This document shows, piece after piece, positions 43,775 through 52,375 of a DNA stretch of 52,375 nt. The position numbers and the translations under genes were made by a program. Each line of letters starts with the position of its first letter. Within the stretch, counting starts at the first letter, position 1. The notes below the pieces were generated by a model that worked only from the letters and a program-made list of their open reading frames with translations, had not been told where the DNA came from and searched no databases. This stretch comes from an uncultured Candidatus Saccharibacteria bacterium (lineage in GTDB: Bacteria; Patescibacteriota; Saccharimonadia; Saccharimonadales; JANWIN01), in assembly GCA_964520375.1 (NCBI GenBank), contig CAZFNQ010000002.1, positions 1-52,375 on the forward strand. Direction: 5' to 3'.

Positions 43775-44928
43775 TTTTGCGGAGCAGCAGCCAAAGTGGC
43801 TTTTATGGTTATAGTTTTGTCGCTGCGTAGAACTGTAAGTGTAACCGTGTCACCTACGCTATAACGACCTAAAACAGATGTTAAACTGTTACTTTCATCA
43901 ATTCTAACATTGTCTACTTTGGTGATTATGTCTTTTTCTTTAAGACCAGCTTTATCGGCTGGACTGCCAGCAATAATCGAGGCTTGTCCACCCTGACTGG
44001 GCACTATATAAGCTCCACGTTTAACACTTAGCTTAAGCTGTGAAGCGACATCGTCTGTCAGTGGCAGATACTGAACACCAAGGTAGGGCCGCAATAGTTT
44101 GCCTTTACTCAGAACGCTCTTAATTAAGCCCTGGACATCATTAATAGGTATGGCAAAACCAATATTTTGGGCGTTACCGGCAATCGCTGTGTTGATACCT
44201 ATTACCTCGCCATTAATGTTTACTAACGGACCACCGGAATTACCAGCGTTTATAGCTGCATCGGTCTGAAACAGGTCCTGCAGAGGCTCTGTAGCCGTGC
44301 CACTGCCATCACCAGCCGTAAGGCTGCGGCCATGGCCAGAAATAATCCCCGATGTCACCGTATTTTGAAACTGTCCCAACGCGTTACCAATAGCCACCAC
44401 TTTATCTCCAACTTGCATTTTGCCAGAATCGCCTAGTTTAACCGGCGTTAGGCTCTTGCCCTTTTTGTCCTTGATTTTTAGGAAAGCAATATCCAGCGGA
44501 TCGCTGTCGGCCGTGCGACCAATTACATCGACATTATTTAACCGTGTACCATCTGATAGTGTCACACTTACGCTAGTGACTCCGCTAGGCACTACATGTC
44601 GATTGGTAATAATTACTCCTTCGGCGCTAATTATAAAGCCCGTACCAGCACCTTGCTGCTGGAACGACTGGCTAAAGCCAAACAAATCAGTTTGGCGACT
44701 CTGAGTGGTAACATCTATCGATACTACGCTGGGGCCAACTTTTTTGGCAATGTCACTAATAACCGAGCTTTCATTTAACACTACCTGCTGTTTAGCGCTA
44801 GTACTTTGTAAATTACTGCTTTGATTGCGCCCACCAAGCCAGCCACCAAAAAAACCACTAGATAAACTAAGTATTATAAGCAATACAATAGCGGCTGGAT
44901 TTTTAGATGATCCATTAGAATCGGTCAT
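43771..44928 (-). CDS. htrA: HtrA/DegP family serine protease with one PDZ domain
   Basis: An N-terminal TM, the catalytic triad context (ITNRHV, DIAFLK, GNSGGPL) and a C-terminal PDZ (GSPADKAGLKEKDII). Confidence 0.9.
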   Translation of the reverse strand: MTDSNGSSKNPAAIVLLIILSLSSGFFGGWLGGRNQSSNLQSTSAKQQVVLNESSVISDIAKKVGPSVVSIDVTTQSRQTDLFGFSQSFQQQGAGTGFIISAEGVIITNRHVVPSGVTSVSVTLSDGTRLNNVDVIGRTADSDPLDIAFLKIKDKKGKSLTPVKLGDSGKMQVGDKVVAIGNALGQFQNTVTSGIISGHGRSLTAGDGSGTATEPLQDLFQTDAAINAGNSGGPLVNINGEVIGINTAIAGNAQNIGFAIPINDVQGLIKSVLSKGKLLRPYLGVQYLPLTDDVASQLKLSVKRGAYIVPSQGGQASIIAGSPADKAGLKEKDIITKVDNVRIDESNSLTSVLGRYSVGDTVTLTVLRSDKTITIKATLAAAPQN

Positions 44929-44940
44929 AATACCCTCCCC

Positions 44941-45690
44941 CTAAATGGCCTTATTACTCCAATCAGAAAATGCTAGAACTATTATAATAACGGCAATGGT
45001 AACAAAAACCAGCTGGCGGCGCAGTAATATAGACAAACGATCAGTTTGATCCAAATAATAAACTGTGGCCAAGCTAAAACCAATTACACCAAGAAGTAAA
45101 GTCGGTTGAGATACAGCACCGTAAAATAACAACCAGTGACTAAGAATCCACACCATCGCCGCACCAAAATAGGCCCACGAATTAGATAAATAACGAGTCA
45201 GGGGCTCATCATAGCTTGTTAAGAAGTGTCTTGCTGAGCTGTAACATACCAACCAAGCTGTGATAACCAGTAAATACACCGAGGCGTCACCCCAGTTTAA
45301 AAATAAGGCCGATAAACCAAAGAATTGTGCTATTAGCGCTTGAGCAGATACCCCCAAGGTAGTCGACATAGGTTTTATAGCTATTAGCCAGACACCGTAG
45401 GTAACAGCCCATATAAGTTCCATTAGTTGGCTACCACTGTGGGTCATAAAGATTAAAAACGACAAACCAACAATTATATCAACCGCATTAGCGCGTATAT
45501 TTGCCGGCCAATGTCTTGGTTTAACCGCTAACATGCGCCATTTGCTGAGTAAAATAACGGCAGCCGCCAACTCAACAAAGTTCAAGCGTACAAAAATAAA
45601 GACCAGCGCTGGTAACAGTGCTGTCAATAATATATGAATAATATAAGCGAAGCCGGCGGCTGGTTTAAGTTTAGTTACTATTTGTCGCAT
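44941..45690 (-). CDS. Hypothetical polytopic membrane protein (about 7-8 TM)
   Basis: Hydrophobic throughout. The track start at 45699 is TTG; I used the ATG at 45690. It overlaps the LCP gene 3' end by about 20 nt, suggesting translational coupling. Confidence 0.5.
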   Translation of the reverse strand: MRQIVTKLKPAAGFAYIIHILLTALLPALVFIFVRLNFVELAAAVILLSKWRMLAVKPRHWPANIRANAVDIIVGLSFLIFMTHSGSQLMELIWAVTYGVWLIAIKPMSTTLGVSAQALIAQFFGLSALFLNWGDASVYLLVITAWLVCYSSARHFLTSYDEPLTRYLSNSWAYFGAAMVWILSHWLLFYGAVSQPTLLLGVIGFSLATVYYLDQTDRLSILLRRQLVFVTIAVIIIVLAFSDWSNKAI

Positions 45691-47329
45691 CTGCACCAAT
45701 TATTATAACAAAATCTGCAGTACCTGGGTTTATGGAGCTATCTGGTAATTTTTTAATTACTTTTACTCCGAACCGCTTTTCCAGATAGTTTTGAGTGTAT
45801 TTATTAATACCGTTCTTTAAATCGACCAGGACAGTTTTTTGGTATGTGTGGCTGGGAGCATCACCAGTTGTGCCAACTCGGTAACCATAAGATTTTAATA
45901 TAGTCGCTTGCTTATTTGCCGCACCAGCAATATTAGTGCCGTTTAGAACCATTATATTGGCGTTTTCTTTAGCTAGCTCACTATCACGCAAAGTAGTTCT
46001 TACGTAGGTTTGAATTGCTCCATAATCGAACAAGCCGGCTCTCGGGAAAACAGTCGACTGACCGCCAATCGGACCAGTTGTCAGTAATGCGTGAGGTGGG
46101 GTGACCAAGTCCAAGGACTTAATATTGGAAGATGGTATTTCAGATACCTGCTTATAGAGACACTTAACGCTTGTTAGATCAAAATCGGTGTAAACGTTGT
46201 TACCAAAGCTGTTCAACAAGTTTGAAACTTTAATAGGGTTGCTATAGGTCCCAAGCGACAGGACTTTTTCTTTTAGAGCTACTAGTAACAAACGCTGGCG
46301 CTCGCCGCGGGCAAAATCACTACTGGTTTCACGCGATTTTGCGTACAACAGTGCTTTGTTGCCATTGAAGGTTTGGGTACCTTTAACGGCAATTGTTGGG
46401 TTGTAGTTGTTTTCCCACGCTATTGTCGGGTCATAAAGCGTCTCCGGCACCTTAACAGTCACACCGCCAACAGCATTAACCGATTCTTTAAAAGCTTTAA
46501 AATCAACTATCACATTATAGTGAATCGATACGCCCATAACTTGCGAGACAGTTTTATCTAACGCAATTAAACCATCTTTTACTTTACCTTTTTGAGCCTT
46601 GGCCACCGACGCTTGTTTGGCGTTGGGATAAATTGCATTAATCTTTGAGGCTCCTCCGCTGGGTGTTTGAACCCATAAATCGCGTGGAATACTTAGAAGG
46701 TCCACTTTATCATTAATAGTGTCAATGCTAGCAATAATAATTGTGTCAGTAAGATCAGGTCCGTCGTGGCCTGGTCCGCCAATACCAATCAGCAATACAT
46801 TCACTCGGCTATCACCCTCTTTATTGAGTTGATCTATTGGTATATTGCCATCACAAACCGCTGCTGCATGGCCACCACCGGCAAAGATATGCTTCTGTGT
46901 GGTATATAATTTAAACGCTAGATAGCCACCAGTAATAAGTAGTAGAGCGCCCAAGCCTAGAGCGGTTTTTTTGAAAAACTTGGGCCACGACTTAGGTCGC
47001 CTTAACCATTTGCGGCGATGTTTTTTGCCAGATTGTTTCGGTATATCTGCGCTTGAAAGCAAATCACTTTTAGAGCGACGTATGCGTGGCCCGTTAGGTA
47101 GCAGTGGAGTTTGCTCTTCAGTTCCAGCTACAGTTGTAACAGTTGGATGATATCCGTCTGGTCGGTTAAAATTATCTAGTTTGTCAGCTTGCTCAGCATT
47201 ATTTTTGGATTTATCACTAAAACCCAAACTGCCAGTTCGTCGTTTAAAACTATCGGGCGAAATAAAACCGTCTAGACTAGCACGACCGATGTGTTTTTTG
47301 TGACGCTTAAAATTATCAGTTGGGTTCAT
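45671..47329 (-). CDS. LytR-CpsA-Psr (LCP) family cell-envelope glycopolymer transferase with a C-terminal LytR_C-like domain
   Basis: A basic cytoplasmic N-terminus, one TM, then NVLLIGIGG...DTIIIASID...LLSIPRDLWV and RQRLLL motifs. Confidence 0.85.
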   Translation of the reverse strand: MNPTDNFKRHKKHIGRASLDGFISPDSFKRRTGSLGFSDKSKNNAEQADKLDNFNRPDGYHPTVTTVAGTEEQTPLLPNGPRIRRSKSDLLSSADIPKQSGKKHRRKWLRRPKSWPKFFKKTALGLGALLLITGGYLAFKLYTTQKHIFAGGGHAAAVCDGNIPIDQLNKEGDSRVNVLLIGIGGPGHDGPDLTDTIIIASIDTINDKVDLLSIPRDLWVQTPSGGASKINAIYPNAKQASVAKAQKGKVKDGLIALDKTVSQVMGVSIHYNVIVDFKAFKESVNAVGGVTVKVPETLYDPTIAWENNYNPTIAVKGTQTFNGNKALLYAKSRETSSDFARGERQRLLLVALKEKVLSLGTYSNPIKVSNLLNSFGNNVYTDFDLTSVKCLYKQVSEIPSSNIKSLDLVTPPHALLTTGPIGGQSTVFPRAGLFDYGAIQTYVRTTLRDSELAKENANIMVLNGTNIAGAANKQATILKSYGYRVGTTGDAPSHTYQKTVLVDLKNGINKYTQNYLEKRFGVKVIKKLPDSSINPGTADFVIIIGADATNSN

Positions 47330-47567
47330 TTAGGTTCTTCCATCATGGCTAACGTTTTTTGATGAACAATATATCACTATCTTATTAGGCCCAATACCAA
47401 TTGATTGACTGATATTCTTAGGCTGGCTTGAGTTGGCAATATATTGTCGGCAACTAACAGGTTTATTTGATATTAAATTCATAGCCACGTGGCGTTAAGT
47501 ATAGCGTTTTTTGCCCCAAGTAGTAAACATGTGCACGATGTTAAAAAATAGGCTATAGTGAACGGTT

Positions 47568-48290
47568 ATGGACATACATCCCGAGCCACAGCCCACAATT
47601 GAACCACAACCAACCGGGCCAACAATAGAAGTTAACCCTTCCAATCCCCCACCGGCTCAGACGCCCAGTCTTATACCTAATGAGCCTTACGAAACACCAC
47701 CCAAACGCCACGACCGCGAAGGCTTAAAAAGCATTTTATCCACTCTAGCTATAATAATTCTGGCACCCTTGATCGCTTTTAGTTTGACGGCTTTTATATT
47801 CCAATCTTACGAGGTAGACGGTGATAGTATGCAGACTACTCTTCAAAACCAGGATCGTTTGATTGTGCTCAAAGTACCTAGGACTTTGGCAAAATTAACT
47901 GGTCATCCCTATGTCCCTCACCGTGGAGATGTGATTATATTTAATAAAGAAGACTTGCAAAACTTTGGCACTACAGGCAAAAAACAATTGGTCAAACGAG
48001 TGATTGGCTTGCCAGGCGACCGAGTAGTGGTAAAAAATGGCCAAGTAAAGATCTTTGACGGTGCTCATCCAAATGGTTTTGAGCCTGACAAAACCCTACC
48101 TTACGGAAGCGTAATAAAATCTACCCCTGGTAGTGTAGACTTGACAGTACCACCCGATCAAATATTTGTCTGTGGAGATAACCGATCTAATTCTTTGGAT
48201 TCACGATATTTTGGTACTATCGAGGCCAGTGATGTGGTTGGAAAACTAACAGCCAGAATTTTTCCATTCAATAAGTTTGAGGTATTCTAG
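47568..48290 (+). CDS. lepB: Signal peptidase I with a Pro-rich N-terminal extension
   Basis: GDSMQTTL (catalytic Ser), KRVIGLPGD (Lys) and GDNRSNSLDSRYFG boxes. About 50 aa of Pro/Thr/Gln-rich leader precede the TM segment. Confidence 0.9.
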   Translation: MDIHPEPQPTIEPQPTGPTIEVNPSNPPPAQTPSLIPNEPYETPPKRHDREGLKSILSTLAIIILAPLIAFSLTAFIFQSYEVDGDSMQTTLQNQDRLIVLKVPRTLAKLTGHPYVPHRGDVIIFNKEDLQNFGTTGKKQLVKRVIGLPGDRVVVKNGQVKIFDGAHPNGFEPDKTLPYGSVIKSTPGSVDLTVPPDQIFVCGDNRSNSLDSRYFGTIEASDVVGKLTARIFPFNKFEVF

Positions 48291-48304
48291 AGTTTTCAAC
48301 GATT

Positions 48305-49177
48305 CTAATTGGTGCTAATTTTAGTGATTATGCGCTTAAGATCTGTTTCATTTCTAAAGGCAATTTCTAAACGTCCACCCTTGGCCATGCGTCTAAGTGT
48401 AACCGATGTTTTTAGAATTTTGCCCAATTTTTCAGTTTGCGGCGTAGTAGCACTAACCCGCTGGCTTGCCTTTTGACTAGTTTTAGCACCCTGTTTATGG
48501 GCTGTAACATATTGTTCAGCCTGGCGTACTGACCAGCCTCGTTCTATGATTATTTTTAGCAGCTCGTTTTGTTGTTCGGTGTCTTTAAGCGCCAGTATAG
48601 CCCGGGCGTGACCTTCGGTAATCTTATGATTGTTTAAAGCATCCAGGGCTGCTGGCGGCAAACCAAGTAAGCGAACTATATTAATGACAGTTGTATAGGC
48701 TTTGCCTAATCGCTGAGCAATTTTTTCGTATTCCATATTAAACTGATCGTGCAAACTATGTATAGATTTGGCCTGTTCTAGAGGGGATAAATCAACCCTT
48801 TGGACATTTTCTACTAAGGCAATCTCTAGTTGTTCTAACTCTTTAGCTGTGCGGACAATGGCTGGCACATGGCTTAGTCCGGCCTGTTTGGCTGCTCGCC
48901 AACGGCGTTCCCCGGCTACAATATAATATTTACCACTCTCATCTGAAAGAGTTACTACCAAGGGCTGCAAAATGCCATGACGCTTTATTGAGTCCGCAAG
49001 TTCAGCCAAGGCTTGTTGGTCAAAAGTAGTCCGAGGTTGGTGTTTATTAGGTGAAATATCAGCCGAGGACAGCTTTTGAATACGTTCATCTTCATTGACT
49101 AAGATCGAGGTGTCAAAATTTCCAGGCAGTAAGGAATCAAAACCCCTGCCCAGCCCTTTAGATTTAACGTTTGCCAA
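48305..49177 (-). CDS. parB: Chromosome partitioning protein ParB/Spo0J
   Basis: GILQPLVV, YYIVAGERRWRAAKQAG (the GERRxRA CTP-binding motif) and an HTH segment. It overlaps parA by 14 nt. Confidence 0.9.
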   Translation of the reverse strand: MANVKSKGLGRGFDSLLPGNFDTSILVNEDERIQKLSSADISPNKHQPRTTFDQQALAELADSIKRHGILQPLVVTLSDESGKYYIVAGERRWRAAKQAGLSHVPAIVRTAKELEQLEIALVENVQRVDLSPLEQAKSIHSLHDQFNMEYEKIAQRLGKAYTTVINIVRLLGLPPAALDALNNHKITEGHARAILALKDTEQQNELLKIIIERGWSVRQAEQYVTAHKQGAKTSQKASQRVSATTPQTEKLGKILKTSVTLRRMAKGGRLEIAFRNETDLKRIITKISTN

Positions 49178-49925
49178 TTTTGTCTACCTCCTTGGCCAAT
49201 TGTTTGTACGCCCTGGCGCCCTTTGACCATTTGTCGTGTTCGGCAATTGGCCGGCCATAGCTGGGAGCCTCGGCCAAACGGATATTGCGGGGAATAACCG
49301 TACTGAATACTTTATCACCAAAGTGTTTTTTCAGCTCCCCTGCCACTTGCTCTGACAAAGTAGTGCGGCTATCAAACATAGTTATTAGGACGCCCATGAT
49401 TTCAAGACTAGGGTTAAGACCACTGCGCACACGTTGAATTATATCAAGTAATTGGCCTAGGCCCTCCAGTGCGTAGTATTCGGCCTGTACAGGTATTAAC
49501 ACTGAATTAGCAGCCACAAGTGCGTTAATAGTCAATAAACCCAGTGCAGGTGGGCAATCAATAAGTACATAATCATAAGTCAAATTTTGCAAGGCTTCTT
49601 TTAGTTTATATTCGCGATTCGGTTCAGCTGCCAAGTCAACTTCGGCGGCTGCCAAGTTAGCATTGGCCGGCAAAATACTTAGCCCCTTAATATTTGCTTC
49701 ATGTACAGCCTGAGATACTATAGCTCCACCAAACAGCACGTCGTACATTGTTGCGCTGAGTGTTTGTTTATCCAACCCCAGTCCGCTAGTGGTGTTGCCT
49801 TGAGGATCCATGTCTACCAAAAGCACATTGCGACCCATTTTAGATAAATAAGCTCCCAGATTTATAGCTGTGGTAGTTTTGCCGACTCCGCCTTTTTGGT
49901 TTAGGATCGCTATGATCTGCCCCAT
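49164..49925 (-). CDS. parA: Chromosome partitioning ATPase ParA/Soj
   Basis: Deviant Walker A NQKGGVGKTT, LLVDMDPQGN and YVLIDCPP. 253 aa. Confidence 0.92.
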   Translation of the reverse strand: MGQIIAILNQKGGVGKTTTAINLGAYLSKMGRNVLLVDMDPQGNTTSGLGLDKQTLSATMYDVLFGGAIVSQAVHEANIKGLSILPANANLAAAEVDLAAEPNREYKLKEALQNLTYDYVLIDCPPALGLLTINALVAANSVLIPVQAEYYALEGLGQLLDIIQRVRSGLNPSLEIMGVLITMFDSRTTLSEQVAGELKKHFGDKVFSTVIPRNIRLAEAPSYGRPIAEHDKWSKGARAYKQLAKEVDKIGKR

Positions 49926-50299
49926 TTTTGTCTTCCCTTCTCTATTGATAGATTAACATCAAACCCACCTCAAGTAAATAAGATAGAGACGTTGAACCAA
50001 GTATCTAACTAGCCTTATAATACTAGTATTTATATATTTAAATTGTAGCTTGATGTATGTTTTCTTAAAATCATTTGGATCTGCATTTGTCTTTAAGTCA
50101 AATGCTGAGAGCCGTAGAGTGTAGTAATACTAAGAGAAAATTGAAGCATCGGGTATTGTAATTAGAGTATGTAAGAAATCCTCAAATTTAAAGTAGTAAT
50201 ATCAAATAAAAAATAAAGTAACGTTTATAAGGATGCCTGGGTTAGATATTTTCTATTTGTGGGGGTTTTCTTATAGAATCTGGTGTCAGATTTTAGGGT

Positions 50300-51616
50300 T
50301 TATTTCAGATCAGTTGTGGGGTGTAGGGGCAAGATGAGAGGTGGTCGGGGGGTTTGGAAGAAGTTGAAATCCGTGGTGAGGTTACCGGAGGCTGAAAGAC
50401 TTTCGCGGACATCTGGACGAGGGTCGGGTCGGCCGTCGGTGGCAGGATTGATGCGCTGACCGCCGAGAAAGACGTCCTCGATGAATCGGTTGATGGCGTC
50501 AAATGATGCTGACTGATGATCGACGATACCGGCTTTGGCGTATGGGCTGATGATAATGCCGGGCACGCGCAGACCGAAGCCGTTTACATCCACTTTCGGC
50601 GGGTTGACGTGGTCGTAGAGGCCGCCCCAGTCATCCCAGTTCAAGAAGATGGCCGTGGAGTTCCATTCTGGCCCGCTTGAGACAGCATTGATCAATCCCG
50701 TCACATAGGTCTGGCCAGCGCTGATCAATTTATTGGGGTGCTCACTGACCTCGACGGATGGCTCGATCCAGCTCACTGCGGGAAGTGTACCGTTCCTGGC
50801 CCGGGTGAAGAAGTTCTCCACTGATTGTACATTACCGAGCTGGCCGTCGTTCTTTACGGTCTCAAAACTGGGGAGCGGGTTCCAAACGCTCGAAGTGGAG
50901 GAGTCCTGAGAGCCGGGCACACAATTGATCGACCCAGAGTCGACGCAATCCGGCTCTTTGCCGGTCATTATAAAGTATTTCCAATTTACATGGTTCTTGT
51001 ACAGGAGATAAGTGAGATCAGTCCACGGGTAAGATACGGTGTTTCGTGTCGGCGATAAACTACTTTTGCACGTGCTTGGGTCCGTCGTGGAGGTGCAAAC
51101 TGCCGACCAGCCCGAGACCAAGTAGAGGTGCGCTGGCAGGCTCCATGAGGCGGAAGGCTCATACAGGTGATCCTGCAAGACGAAGTTCTTGGCGTATGCC
51201 CAGTAGTTCGGGATCTCCCGTTGGTCCTTGTAGCTCATGACGTCACGCGGCTTAATGCTACCCGCCTGTTCGGCTTGAGCAATGAACCCGTCCATTTTGC
51301 CGCCGTTAATGTCTGCGGTGGCGTTAGCAGCCCCGTGTGGAGCGTCGGAAGTCACGTCAGTGTTGCTGTGGAACGGCTTAACACAGGTGCCCAATGCCGG
51401 ATCGGGTACGCAGGTACCGATGGGAATCCCGTTTGCGCCCGGGAAGGTGCCAAAGTAATGATCGAATGAACGGTTCTCCTGCGTGATCACAATCACATGT
51501 TTGATCACGTTGATACCGGGCACACTTGCCGTGGCTCGACGGTTGGAGGTGATCGCTGCGCCGACAAGCACTAGTGCCAACAATGAGATAATCGTCACGA
51601 TGTAAGTAAACTTCAT
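50300..51616 (-). CDS. Secreted phosphoesterase family protein (phospholipase C / AcpA-type acid phosphatase)
   Basis: An N-terminal signal anchor, then HVIVITQENRSFDHYFGTFPGANG, the signature of the phosphoesterase (PLC/AcpA) family. Further on: WDDWGGLYDHV and GFGLRVPGIIISPYAK. GC is much higher than in the neighbouring genes. Confidence 0.85.
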   Translation of the reverse strand: MKFTYIVTIISLLALVLVGAAITSNRRATASVPGINVIKHVIVITQENRSFDHYFGTFPGANGIPIGTCVPDPALGTCVKPFHSNTDVTSDAPHGAANATADINGGKMDGFIAQAEQAGSIKPRDVMSYKDQREIPNYWAYAKNFVLQDHLYEPSASWSLPAHLYLVSGWSAVCTSTTDPSTCKSSLSPTRNTVSYPWTDLTYLLYKNHVNWKYFIMTGKEPDCVDSGSINCVPGSQDSSTSSVWNPLPSFETVKNDGQLGNVQSVENFFTRARNGTLPAVSWIEPSVEVSEHPNKLISAGQTYVTGLINAVSSGPEWNSTAIFLNWDDWGGLYDHVNPPKVDVNGFGLRVPGIIISPYAKAGIVDHQSASFDAINRFIEDVFLGGQRINPATDGRPDPRPDVRESLSASGNLTTDFNFFQTPRPPLILPLHPTTDLK

Positions 51617-51815
51617 AGTTTGAAAATATCCAACCTCTGTTATTTTTTTATAGCCTATGTTTGTCTATGTATAATTATAAAATGTATAGGCGCATAGCAC
51701 AAGATTATTAGTAAATTTCACAACTGTGACCAGAACAGACCGTTAGAAGACGACTGGTCACTAACTATCTCACCGGAACGCACAGACGGCGAGGTGCAAT
51801 AGGATTTGTCCCTTT

Positions 51816-52375
51816 TTACTGGATAATGTGGTAGCTGAAGCTGTAGATCTTACTATCCGTTAAGGCCGTATAAACCTTAAGTTCAAAGGTGGTGGTGTTC
51901 GAGTCGTAATAGTACTCTGGATAGGTCGAGGCAGCCGGTATGTCCTTTGGTGTTAATACAACTGTCGGCCCGCTGCCATAAGCATTGGCAAATGTCACAG
52001 TTGCTAGGGTTCCAGAATCAGCCCCTGTGCCAGTATGGATTGTAATAATGCCGGCAGTGTCGCTACCAGATATTGTTGCCGTGCAACCTGCCCCGCAACT
52101 AGCAGCCTTAGTAATAGTTGGGTTAGCACCGCCACTAATGATATGGCCGTTAACAGACAACGTACCGTTGAAGGTGCTGCTGCCGTTGACCGTAAGCTTA
52201 GCTAAAGTGGCACTTCCAGTAACTGTCAGGTTGGCCAGTGTGGTTGCGCCAGAGACATTCAGATCAGCAACATTGGCACTGCCGCTGACATCCAGATTAG
52301 CCAAGCTGGCATCACCGCCATTTTGAATCATACTGCCGGTGGTTGGGCCTGGGTAGTACTGATTACCGACAAACA
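51816..52375 (-). CDS. C-terminal part of a larger repeat-containing surface or fibre-like protein (5' end outside the window)
   Basis: The frame stays open upstream of the track ATG at 52331, through ...FVGNQYYPGPTTGS to the window edge. It has five 11-residue repeats followed by a Gly/Thr/Ala-rich beta-rich C-terminal domain. Confidence 0.6.
   Translation of the reverse strand, partial: FVGNQYYPGPTTGSMIQNGGDASLANLDVSGSANVADLNVSGATTLANLTVTGSATLAKLTVNGSSTFNGTLSVNGHIISGGANPTITKAASCGAGCTATISGSDTAGIITIHTGTGADSGTLATVTFANAYGSGPTVVLTPKDIPAASTYPEYYYDSNTTTFELKVYTALTDSKIYSFSYHIIQ
52146..52310 (-). repeat. Five tandem 33-nt (11-codon) coding repeats, consensus A-x-L-A-x-L-x-V-x-G-x
   Basis: ASLANLDVSGS / ANVADLNVSGA / TTLANLTVTGS / ATLAKLTVNGS / STFNGTLSVNG. 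The repeats are conserved at the protein level and diverged at the DNA level. Confidence 0.6.

Noticed and set aside
47438-47462. Near-palindrome gttggcaatatattgtcggcaac in the LCP/lepB divergent spacer
   Set aside because: Only the central caatatattg is a perfect palindrome and the arms are imperfect. There is no second copy or other supporting context.
49926-50299. A 374-nt AT-rich non-coding stretch right after parA, considered as a candidate oriC
   Set aside because: I scanned it on both strands and found no 9-mer within two mismatches of TTATCCACA. The AT-richness alone is as well explained by an island junction or promoter region. It is kept only as the flank of the foreign phosphoesterase gene.
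51726-51762. Inverted repeat gtgaccag ... ctggtcac downstream of the repeat-protein gene, considered as a terminator
   Set aside because: The loop is 21 nt and no U-tract follows on the minus strand, so it does not fit an intrinsic terminator.
1-52375. CRISPR arrays, rRNA, tRNA or tmRNA genes
   Set aside because: All non-coding gaps longer than about 100 nt were read: 1-160, 16724-16865, 19525-19634, 28883-29075, 39154-39268, 41292-41460, 47330-47567, 49926-50299 and 51617-51815. None shows regularly spaced direct repeats, a T-loop GTTCRAnnC with a matching acceptor stem, or rRNA-like conservation. This is by-eye inspection only; tRNAscan or Infernal would be decisive.

Overview
This 52.4-kb window is densely coding, with about 60 protein genes. 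I found no rRNA, tRNA or CRISPR array. GC is moderate to low: hand counts of single 60-nt rows give roughly 38-46% in typical genes. The gene content is consistent with a reduced-genome, monoderm-type bacterium, most likely Patescibacteria/CPR and Saccharibacteria-like. That placement is an inference from several observations: a class I LysRS, dimeric GlyRS, an INS-less ProRS, a short EF-Ts, an LCP-family protein, a WhiB-like protein, a heliorhodopsin, and biosynthetic genes missing from otherwise conserved operons. TGA is used as a stop codon and both RF1 and RF2 are present, so the standard code 11 applies. Nearly every gene from 161 to 41291 lies on the minus strand. The housekeeping core comprises glyQS, a sigma-70 factor, recO, xseAB, rpmA, pyrG, ctp, ftsEX, prfB, secA, hpf, serS, msrA, lysK, greA, proS, rseP, frr, tsf, rpsB, rpmE, prfA, prmC, htrA, LCP, lepB and parBA. 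Accessory material sits at the left end (649-6575: GH1 beta-glucosidase, oxidoreductases, an NYN protein, a VOC protein and an unknown two-gene cassette) and at the right end (49926-52375: AT-rich spacers, a high-GC phosphoesterase gene and a repeat-bearing surface or fibre-like protein cut by the window edge). The observations most worth follow-up are: (1) a clear heliorhodopsin homologue that keeps the retinal lysine but has Asn at the counterion position, in a tight operon with a tiny 3-TM protein, msrA, a HAD phosphatase and a Cas4-like nuclease; (2) a degenerate histidine-kinase and receiver pair, lacking the phospho-acceptor His and Asp respectively, coupled to recO; (3) an uncharacterised 330-aa protein overlapping a ParB/Srx-fold protein; (4) a WhiB-like Fe-S regulator coupled to glyQS and a sigma factor; (5) a compositionally foreign phospholipase C/acid phosphatase gene next to parA. 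All functional calls come from motif recognition by eye. No database search was run.
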